Shown here: in pieces, positions 35,007 through 41,663 of the stretch
Layout of the letters: each line of letters opens with the position of its first letter
Numbering within the stretch: the stretch's first letter is position 1
The notes under the pieces: generated by a model
The model's input: only the letters and a program-made list of their open reading frames with translations
Database searches by the model: none
Told to the model about the DNA's origin: nothing
Position numbers and translations under genes: made by a program
DNA from: Thermoleophilaceae bacterium
Lineage (GTDB): Bacteria > Actinomycetota > Thermoleophilia > Solirubrobacterales > Thermoleophilaceae
Reading direction: 5' to 3'
NCBI GenBank assembly: GCA_036259535.1
Contig: DATABO010000065.1
Span: 13,624 to 77,623 of the forward strand
Length of the DNA: 64,000 bases

Positions 35007-35044
35007 GGCAGGACAAGCGCCCGTAGCTCAGTGGATGGAGCGCC
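35007..35044 (+). pseudogene. Third tRNA-Arg(CCG) 5'-half copy (internal att-like junction)
   Basis: GCGCCCGTAGCTCAGTGGATGGAGCGCCGCC CTCCGGA, then GCAGCAGCGCC..., which cannot pair with it. It shares the CCTCCGGA core with 18624, 37997 and 38231. Confidence 0.6.
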
Positions 35045-35556
35045 GCCCTCCGGAGCAGCAGCGCCTGTCGCCTGCGGCGGGCGTCGGGCCTCAGTGATCG
35101 GCTACCTCGAGGCTCACTCCGGTCTCGCTCCCAGCGCTTGGCATGGCATTCGGTGCAGGCCGAGCATCGGTATGGGGAAGGACTACCGGCTCCGTGGGAG
35201 GTATGTCGCTTTCGAGCATCGAGGTTCTCCTCTCCGCTTCTGGCCTCGTTGTCCCAACGAACACCACCAGCCGGCGCATCGGGTCTCCCATCGCTCTCTT
35301 CGCTCGCTGACTTGGCTCCTACCCTTGGCCGGTCGAAACGACGCATTCTCGTTCCGCCGCCACGCGTCTCCCCGATGTCGGGAGGTCGTCCGACGAACGA
35401 GCGGCGGATTGCTCTAGTCGACTGAGTCGCCAGCGAAGACGCTGAGATCGGTGCTCACGACGGAGCGGTGGGTCGTCTGGACCTTGATCTGCCCGTGCCC
35501 AGTCCGCGACCCCGTGCCAGGACAACACGGAAGCGTCTACACTCGTGCGACGTGGC

Positions 35557-35675
35557 TTGACGCTGGACCCTTGCTCTTGGGGCACTTTGCCGGATCACGG
35601 GTCGCCTGCGAATCGTCCGTTTCCTTCTTCGCATCGCGGTCCTCATTTGAGGGAGGCGGAGGAAGGCGGCTCGCC
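35557..35675 (+). promoter_or_regulatory. Conserved promoter/structured 5' leader of DUF2294 gene (copy 1)
   Basis: TTGACG -35-like hexamer plus a leader alignable nearly base-for-base with 39099-39214. Stem GGGTCGC..GCGGTCC (35599-35605 / 35636-35642) plus an inner GCGAA/TTCGC stem. The loop is CCGUUUCCUUC. Confidence 0.5.
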
Positions 35676-36077
35676 ATGACTGGCAGCCACACGGCGGAGC
35701 ATCCATCTGGAGGCGTTACTGCCTCAGCTGTCTCCAACGGGGTCGTGCGCCTGCTCAGGGAGTACACCGGCCGCGGCCCCACGCGGGCGCGTACCCATCT
35801 CAACGACGATCTCGTGACCGTCGTGTTGGAGGACACCCTGACCAAGGGGGAGCGGAGCCTCGTCGCCGATGGCGAGACGGCCCTCGTCCTCCAAGCACGC
35901 CAGGCGTACCAGCGGACGATGAAATCCGACCTGATCGACCTCGTCGAGCAGGCGACTGGCCGCAAGGTCCGCGCATTCCTCAGCGCCAACAACGTCGATC
36001 CCGACGTTGCGGTCGAGTCGTTCGTCCTCGAGCCGAGCGCGACTGCTTCGGTCAGCCAAGACGGATACTCCGACTAG
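35676..36077 (+). CDS. DUF2294-domain protein (133 aa), paralogue of 39215-39616
   Basis: SNGVVRLLREYTGRGPTRARTHLNDDLVTVVLEDTLTKGERSL...GRKVRAFLSANNVDPDVAVESFVLEP fits the DUF2294 pattern. ATG at 35676 after GAGGGAGGCGGAGGAAGG. Confidence 0.85.
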   Translation: MTGSHTAEHPSGGVTASAVSNGVVRLLREYTGRGPTRARTHLNDDLVTVVLEDTLTKGERSLVADGETALVLQARQAYQRTMKSDLIDLVEQATGRKVRAFLSANNVDPDVAVESFVLEPSATASVSQDGYSD

Positions 36078-36090
36078 CTGGCCTCGCGGG

Positions 36091-36468
36091 TCAAGCCGCG
36101 TTTGGGGACTCTGTGGTGTCGGCGTGAGAGGCCGTGTGAGCCTTTCCGTTGCCCGGGTCGATGAACGTGACCTGGCGGTCGATCTGGCAGACCTCGAACG
36201 GCCGCCATGCTGGGCCGGTCGGGCGCACGACTAGGAATCGGATGCCGCGCCCCGCCGCGCGCCGATGGTTGCAGACCACCATGTGGATGCCCGACGAATC
36301 GCAGAAGGCGACCTCGCTCAGGTCGAGGACGATGGTCTCGGGACAGCGCGAGAAGGCTCCGTCCAGGGCGTGGCGAACGGTCTCCACGGACGCCAGATCG
36401 ATCTCGCCTCGAATGGCCACGATCTGGGTCGTACCGAGAACATCTGACTGAACGTCTACAAGCGGCAT
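36091..36468 (-). CDS. STAS-domain protein (anti-sigma-factor antagonist family, 125 aa)
   Basis: IVAIRGEIDLASVETVRHALDGAF...IVLDLSEVAFCDSSGIHMVV is a SpoIIAA/RsbV-like motif with the DSSG phospho-Ser site. ATG at 36468 with a GAGGAG SD. Confidence 0.85.
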   Translation of the reverse strand: MPLVDVQSDVLGTTQIVAIRGEIDLASVETVRHALDGAFSRCPETIVLDLSEVAFCDSSGIHMVVCNHRRAAGRGIRFLVVRPTGPAWRPFEVCQIDRQVTFIDPGNGKAHTASHADTTESPNAA

Positions 36469-36655
36469 GCCGGCTCCTCGAAGATCCTGTTCTCCGAGGG
36501 ACCGACGCACCCATCGACTGCGCCCGGCCGTCCTCGTGCACTGCGTGAGCCGCACAGCTCTCGTCTGCTGAGCCCGTACGTCGATATTAGCGCCGGCTCG
36601 GCCTTTCCGACCAGAGCAACCACGGTTGTTCCGGCATCCGCCGCAAGGGGAAGCG

Positions 36656-37330
36656 CTAGCCGGTCACGCCGGTGTGATCGTGCGCCTCGCCGACGGGCTT
36701 GGACTCGGGAGAGCCGCGCTGGCGCAGGTAGACGGCGAGGATCGCCATCGAGCCGACCGCGAGGAACTCGGACTGCCAGTTCTGCAGCGTCCGCTCCCAG
36801 AAGTCGGCGCTGCCGAGGTACTGCACGAAGTCGAGCCCAGACTGGTGGTGCTCGAGCCGCTCCTCGTTGTAGGCGACGCGGCCGGTGATCGCCTGGCCGA
36901 GCCAGGACAGCAGCCAGATCGCGCCCATTACGATCAGCAGCGAGTTCGAGAACGCGCGCGTGCGCAGGCCGCCGGCGCGAGCCCACAGCGGCGAGTCCTC
37001 ATCGGCGTGGCGACCAACCTTCTGCTCCTCGTCCGACTCGCCGCCGGCCTGGTCGAGCTCCTTGGACTCCGGCGACCCGCGCTGCAGGAACCAGACCGTG
37101 GCGGTGGTGTAGAGCGCAAACTGGAGGTACTCCGACTGCCAGTTCTCGAGCATCGCGACGCCGAACTCCGACGACAGCAGGTAGCGGCCGTAGCCGATCG
37201 ACTCGCCGTCGTGGCGCAGCTGGCTGTTGTTGAAGTCCTGCCAGCCGGCCAGCGACTGCAGGCCCAGCGCGATCAGGAAGATCGTGAGGAAGAAGATCGA
37301 CAGGCTGTTCTCGCGCAGGAACCGCTTCAC
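36656..37330 (-). CDS. DUF6766-family membrane protein (224 aa, internal duplication)
   Basis: Two repeats of NWQSE(Y/F)L...(FL/YL)(Q/R)QRGSPESK. The GTG at 37330 overlaps the stop of a 27-codon micro-ORF (GTGA). Confidence 0.8.
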   Translation of the reverse strand: MKRFLRENSLSIFFLTIFLIALGLQSLAGWQDFNNSQLRHDGESIGYGRYLLSSEFGVAMLENWQSEYLQFALYTTATVWFLQRGSPESKELDQAGGESDEEQKVGRHADEDSPLWARAGGLRTRAFSNSLLIVMGAIWLLSWLGQAITGRVAYNEERLEHHQSGLDFVQYLGSADFWERTLQNWQSEFLAVGSMAILAVYLRQRGSPESKPVGEAHDHTGVTG

Positions 37331-37410
37331 TGGCCTATCAGCCCGATCACGATGTAGAGGGCCAGGCCGAGCGCGATGATCGCGGTGTAGGTCCAGAACA
37401 TCACCCTCAT
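37327..37410 (-). CDS. Hydrophobic micro-protein (27 aa), not in the ORF track
   Basis: ATG AGG GTG ATG TTC TGG... encodes MRVMFWTYTAIIALGLALYIVIGLIGQ-stop. Strong third-position GC. Its ATG overlaps the lipoprotein stop (TGATG). Its stop overlaps the next GTG (GTGA). Confidence 0.45.
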   Translation of the reverse strand: MRVMFWTYTAIIALGLALYIVIGLIGQ

Positions 37411-37820
37411 CAGGACTCGACCTCGCAGTCATAGGGCGCTTCCTGATCGGGCACCGGCCGGCATCCGGCGGCCGTCACCAGCCAGCCGTGCTCGCCGGTC
37501 TCCTCGACGAAGACGCTGTCGCCGCCGTCGATCTCGACCTTCGCCTCGGTGACATAGGCCTGCTCGCCGGTAACGCGCGTACCGGACAGGTCGAGCGCAA
37601 GCACCGCCTCGGGGCACGGCTTGCGCTCGTCCTTCTCCAGCTGCTCGCGTGTGTCGTCGCTGAACTGCGCGCAGGCGGTCTCGCCGTCCTGGTCGGCGTA
37701 GGCGGCGTAGAGCCGCTCAGCGGCGCCGGCGGCCCCGTCCGAGTCGGTCGCCCCGCAGCCACCCAGCACGAGTGCGAGTGTCGCGGCTACCAGGACGGCG
37801 CGGTACGGGAACGCCGCCAT
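37410..37820 (-). CDS. Putative lipoprotein (136 aa)
   Basis: MAAFPYRAVLVAATLALVLGGCGATD is a signal peptide with an LVLGGC lipobox. ATG at 37820. Confidence 0.75.
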   Translation of the reverse strand: MAAFPYRAVLVAATLALVLGGCGATDSDGAAGAAERLYAAYADQDGETACAQFSDDTREQLEKDERKPCPEAVLALDLSGTRVTGEQAYVTEAKVEIDGGDSVFVEETGEHGWLVTAAGCRPVPDQEAPYDCEVES

Positions 37821-37966
37821 GCCACTTCTGTTCCCCGTGGCATGCCACGGGCAAACCACGCCTGGCCACTCAAGCTCCGTGCCGCGGATCCCACACAGCT
37901 GGCCAAGCCTTCGCTTCGATCCCGCCTGAGTAGGACAGCGCGGAATCCCTATCCTCTACGACCTAA

Positions 37967-38039
37967 GCGCCCGTAGCTCAGAGGATAGAGCGTCCGCCTC
38001 CGGAGCGGAAGGTCGCTGGTTCGACTCCAGCCGGGCGCG
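37967..38039 (+). tRNA. tRNA-Arg (anticodon CCG), intact, carried inside the insertion
   Basis: GCGCCCG TA GCTC AGAGGATA GAGC G TCCGC CTCCGGA GCGGA AGGTC GCTGG TTCGACT CCAGC CGGGCGC G. All four stems pair perfectly. 73 nt, CCA not encoded. Confidence 0.95.
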
Positions 38040-38101
38040 TTTCCGGGCGGGCTCTCGGCGGTCGTGAGGGCGTTGTCACGGCCGCCGGGAGGCCGGAAAT
38101 C

Positions 38102-38125
38102 GCTGGCCAGAACTCTGGCCAAAAC
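38102..38125 (+). repeat. Tandem 12-nt repeat GCTGGCCAGAAC TCTGGCCAAAAC (candidate arm-type sites, P arm)
   Basis: Matches 18728-18751 (22/24 by hand), including the trailing CCCC(C)G. Lies 106 nt left of the attR core. Confidence 0.5.
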
Positions 38126-38230
38126 CCCCGTAAACGCCGTCGATCCGACGCGATATGATGGCCGGACGATGACACTGAGCGCCTCCGATTTGCCTGCAAA
38201 TCGGCGCGATTCGAACCTAGCTGACGCGGT

Positions 38231-38273
38231 CCTCCGGAGCAAGAGGTCGCTGGTTCGAATCCAGCCGGGCGCG
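38231..38273 (+). pseudogene. Displaced 3' half of the host tRNA-Arg(CCG) gene (attR junction)
   Basis: C CTCCGGA GCAAG AGGTC GCTGG TTCGAAT CCAGC CGGGCGC G. GCAAG complements the CTTGC of the 5' half at 18594-18631. Upstream of the core there is no D arm or acceptor. Confidence 0.8.
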
Positions 38274-38278
38274 TCGGG

Positions 38279-39010
38279 TCAAACGGCTCGCGCCAGATAC
38301 TTCGCGAAGATCTGGTCCTCGGAGTGCTCGGCCTCGACGATCTCGAAGCCGGCGCGGCGGATCATTGGCTCGAGCAGCCAGGTGAAGGTGGAGTGCTCGT
38401 CCCGGACGTGCTCCTCGAGCTCGGCGCGACTCCACTCGGCCTCGATGGCGTCGCCTCCGGTGGCGCACCACGCCTCGATGCGGTCCTCGGCCGCGGAGGG
38501 GTCGAAGTCGTAGACGACGTCCCACAGGCGCAGGAGGCCGCCGGACGCGAGCGTGCGGCGAGCGCGATCGAGCGCGACTGCCTTCCAGAAGTCGGGTAGG
38601 TGGTGCAGCGCGAAGCGAGAGTAGACGAAGTCGGCCGCGGCACCGAGGTGCTCGTAGGTCAGAAAGCCGGCTCGGACGACCTCGACGTTGCTCAGCCCGA
38701 TGGAGGCGACCTTCGCCTCGAGCTGCCTCAGCATGACCGGCGAGACGTCGACGGCGATCACGCGGGCGCCGGCCCGCGCAACCTCGACGGTGAACTGGCC
38801 CGTACCCGCCCCGAGCTCGACCACGATCGACTCCGGAGTCAAGCCGTGGCCGGCAAGCAGCGCTACCTCGGCTGCGGCATCCGCGTCCTCCTTGGCGTCG
38901 TAGCGCGTGGCATGGCTGGCGTCGAGGTTCTCCCGACCGGCGTAGTCGAGCTCGTCGACGAACCAAGTGGGCGCGGATCTAGGCGCACCGCCCGAGTCCA
39001 TGTCGACCAT
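38279..39010 (-). CDS. Class I SAM-dependent methyltransferase
   Basis: 243 aa with the SAM motif VVELGAGTGQFTVEVARAGARVIAVDVS. Confidence 0.9.
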   Translation of the reverse strand: MVDMDSGGAPRSAPTWFVDELDYAGRENLDASHATRYDAKEDADAAAEVALLAGHGLTPESIVVELGAGTGQFTVEVARAGARVIAVDVSPVMLRQLEAKVASIGLSNVEVVRAGFLTYEHLGAAADFVYSRFALHHLPDFWKAVALDRARRTLASGGLLRLWDVVYDFDPSAAEDRIEAWCATGGDAIEAEWSRAELEEHVRDEHSTFTWLLEPMIRRAGFEIVEAEHSEDQIFAKYLARAV

Positions 39011-39098
39011 CGTGGCAGCCTAGAGGGGCCGCCTAGGCGCCGGTCCGAGCAAGGGTTCGCGCTCAGTGCCCAACCCGGCTAAACTGCGTAGACGTGGG

Positions 39099-39214
39099 TT
39101 GACGCTGGACCGCCGCCGGTCGGGACTGCTGCCAGATCACGGACCGCCTGCGAATCGCCCGTTTCCTTCTTCGCTCGCGGTCCAGGCTCGAGGGAGGCGG
39201 AGAAAGCGGCGAGC
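39099..39214 (+). promoter_or_regulatory. Conserved promoter/structured 5' leader of DUF2294 gene (copy 2)
   Basis: Same architecture as 35557-35675. Stem GGACCGC (39141-39147) / GCGGTCC (39177-39183), inner GCGAA/TTCGC stem, loop CCGUUUCCUUC, then GAGGGAGGCGGAG. Confidence 0.5.
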
Positions 39215-39616
39215 ATGTCAAGCAGTCAGATCGAGCACCCCCTCGGAGGAGAGCTGGCGTCTGGGATCTCCAACGGCGTAGTGCGCCTGCTCAGGGATTA
39301 CACGGGCCGCGGCCCTACTCGCGCGCGCACCTACATCACAGGAGATCTGGTTACCGTCGTCCTGGAGGACACACTCACCAAGGGTGAGCGGAGCCTCGTC
39401 AAGGACGGTGAGACTGCACTCGTTCTCACCGCCCGCCACGCTTACCAGCGCACGATGGGCCCCGACCTGATCGCCCTGGTCGAGAGGCTGACCGGGCGCA
39501 AGGTACGCGCGTTCCTCAGCGACAACCACATCGAGCCCGATGTCGCGGTCGAGTCCTTCGTCCTGGAGCCCGACGGGTACGAGCGGGCCAGCCACAACGG
39601 GCACTCGGCTCGCTAG
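39215..39616 (+). CDS. DUF2294-domain protein (133 aa)
   Basis: ISNGVVRLLRDYTGRGPTRARTYITGDLVTVVLEDTLTKGERSL...GRKVRAFLSDNHIEPDVAVESFVLEP. Confidence 0.88.
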   Translation: MSSSQIEHPLGGELASGISNGVVRLLRDYTGRGPTRARTYITGDLVTVVLEDTLTKGERSLVKDGETALVLTARHAYQRTMGPDLIALVERLTGRKVRAFLSDNHIEPDVAVESFVLEPDGYERASHNGHSAR

Positions 39617-39625
39617 GGCGTCGGC

Positions 39626-40036
39626 TCAGCCGAGCGGCTTGCGCTCCGCGTCGCCGCCCGGCTGGACCGGCCACTCGTAGCGAGTGACGACGTCCGTCCC
39701 GGCGTAGAGCGCGAGGAAGCGCAGCGGCTCGTCGCCGCCATTGCGCACCTCGTGCGGGACGTCCTTGGGAACCAGAGCCAGGCCGTTGACCGCGACGGCC
39801 GCGACCTCGTCGCCGACGGTCACCTCGGCCCGCCCAGCAAGGACGACGATGACCTCCTCCGCGCTGTCGGTGTGGCGCGGCAGGCGGCACCCGGGCGCGA
39901 CCTCGAGCAGCGAGCTTCCGCTCGACCGGGCGCCGTGCGTGGCGGCATGGGCCGTTGCCGACCGCCACACCGCCGTCGGGTCGCCCTCGATCCAGGCATC
40001 CTCGAGCTCCAGCTCGTCGAGGGGGATCGAAGCCAT
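39626..40036 (-). CDS. Cupin-domain protein
   Basis: 136 aa. LPRHTDSAEEVIVVLAGRAEVTVGDE...VPKDVPHEVRNGG is a cupin-fold motif. Confidence 0.85.
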   Translation of the reverse strand: MASIPLDELELEDAWIEGDPTAVWRSATAHAATHGARSSGSSLLEVAPGCRLPRHTDSAEEVIVVLAGRAEVTVGDEVAAVAVNGLALVPKDVPHEVRNGGDEPLRFLALYAGTDVVTRYEWPVQPGGDAERKPLG

Positions 40037-40082
40037 GGATGGGCGCTTACCCGCAAGCGCGGCGGCTGGAACGGATCGCCGG

Positions 40083-41380
40083 TCAGCGCATCGAGTCCGG
40101 CGCCGGCATCCGGGCGAGCAGCGAGCGGTAGCGCAGCATCGTGGAGGGTGCGAAGTCGCCGTGCGTCTGGCTCCGAAGGCGCGCCACCCGCTCGCGGTGG
40201 AACGGGCTCGAGAGGCTCTCAGCGTGACCGATCACGTTGGGTGTCGCGATCCGGTGACGGCCCTGCAACATGCGCGTGAGCCTCAGCGACGCGGCGCGCT
40301 GCAGACGGTTGCCCATCACCTGGGCGTCGCTCACGCCGACGTGCTCGATCCCGATCGCCGTCCAGTTCAGCCCGACGGTGTGACGGCACATGATCGACGT
40401 CGGCACGAGCTGATGGATCGTGCCGTCGCGATCGATCAGGTAGTGGGCGCAAACGCCGGGCAGCTCGCCGAGCTCGACGTCGGGCACGTCGGCGGCGAAC
40501 GTGTTGAACGCCGACGCGAAGCTGCTCGAGGCGGTGTAGTGCTCGACGATCACGCGCGGTCGGCGCAGGCGGTGGTCGTCGATCCCATAGTGGCGGTTCG
40601 CATAGGCGCGCGTCTCGCGGCGGCGGCGCGGGCCGAAGGGGATCGGCGTCCGGACGACGCGCGGCGGCGCAACGGCGCTTGCGATGGCGAGGACCGCCTC
40701 CGCGTGGCGCTCCGTCGCGCGCCTGCTGAGGCGACCGGGCGGCAGCTCGACCACGAAGGCGCTGTCGCGCGGAAAGGCATGGTTCTGCCAGCTCGTCGCG
40801 GTGCCTGGCAACGGTGCGATCGCCTTGTACGGAAGTCCCGAGCGACGCGCGTAGAGACGCTCCAGGTATGGGTCGCCGCCGGATCGGTCGACGAGCCGCA
40901 GCTGCTGGTGGTACCAGACGGTCACGCGGGGACGGACACGCCGGATCAGCGCCGAGAGCGCGACGGTCTCGGGCTCTGAGACCGGTGTTGGCCCCGAGTG
41001 GTAGGTGCCGAACGGCGCGTCGATCGGTCGCCAGCCGAACGGGAAGTTGCGATTGAGGTCGACCCCGCGGGCGTTCCAGCGCGTGCCGGCACGTCCGCCG
41101 TCTGGATTGGCGCTGTCGACGAGCAGCAGGGCCACGCCGCGCGGCGTGGCGGCCGAGCGCAGGCGTCGCACGACCGCGCGACCCGCCGGCTCGGTCCCGT
41201 GGATCTCGCCGACGACGAGCACGACGCGGTCGGCACGCGCGGGCCCCACGCGCCAGGCCTGGATCGGGGAAGCCCCTCCACCGACCGCCCGACCACCTCG
41301 GCCGCGACGGGCGGCTGTGGAGCGGCCGCCGTCAGGCCGATCGCGACCAGCGCAGTTCGGAGGACCGCCGTGACACCCAC
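40083..41380 (-). CDS. Secreted M14 zinc-carboxypeptidase-like + N-acetylmuramoyl-L-alanine amidase (Amidase_2) fusion; apparent frameshift near 41265-41281
   Basis: The main frame (40083-~41272) has VVGEIHGTEPAG..NPDG..VDLNRNF (M14) and VIVEHYTAS...HTVGLNWTAIGIEHVG...IGHAE (amidase_2). The signal peptide MGVTAVLRTALVAIGLTAAAP..EVVGRSVEG sits in another frame (GTG at 41380). Confidence 0.7.
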
Positions 41381-41663
41381 TCAGCGCACGGTAACCGGCC
41401 CGCTGAGATACCTGCGCGAGAGTACTCTCGCGCAGGTATTGCCAGTAGCCCTGTCGGGCTCTAAGTTGCAAGGGCGTGACGGAGGGACGTGGCGTTCCAT
41501 CTGCGAAGCCTCCGTCGTCGGCGAGGCCCCCACTCCCCTCCAACGGTGGGCAGGCCGGCCGGGCGCGAAGAGGGGAGGTCGATGCGCTGGAGCGCGCCAG
41601 ACGCTCGCGCATCGCACCTCCCCTCGATGTTGAGCGTTCGATCAGCTAGCGCGAGGAGGGTTC

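Larger units (their letters stand above)
18632..38230. mobile_element. Integrative mobilizable element (about 19.6 kb) inserted in tRNA-Arg(CCG); possibly composite, with an internal junction at 35007-35044
   Basis: Bounded by the two halves of one tRNA, which share the core CCTCCGGA. It has xis plus a tyrosine integrase at the left end. It also has a MobF relaxase, a ParB-like protein, DUF2958 and a TA module. No VirB4/VirD4/FtsK-TraB-like ORF is present. Confidence 0.78.

Noticed and set aside
35557-35600. SigB/SigF-type promoter (GTTT-N-GGGTAT-like) upstream of both DUF2294 genes, suggested by the neighbouring STAS gene and by conserved GGGCAC/GGGACT boxes.
   Set aside because: The spacing from the GTTG to the GGG box is about 20 nt, which is too long. 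The -10-like box fits poorly. I report only a conserved TTGACG hexamer and the leader structure.
38141-38230. tRNA-like fragments (GGCGCGATTCGAACC, i.e. GGTTCGAATCGCGCC on the minus strand, and GAGCGCCTCCGA) plus an 8-bp hairpin CCGATTTG-CCTG-CAAATCGG; considered as a minus-strand tRNA.
   Set aside because: The order of the elements is wrong for a tRNA on either strand, and no cloverleaf can be drawn. These are probably decayed remnants at a recombination hot spot, or part of the attP P arm.
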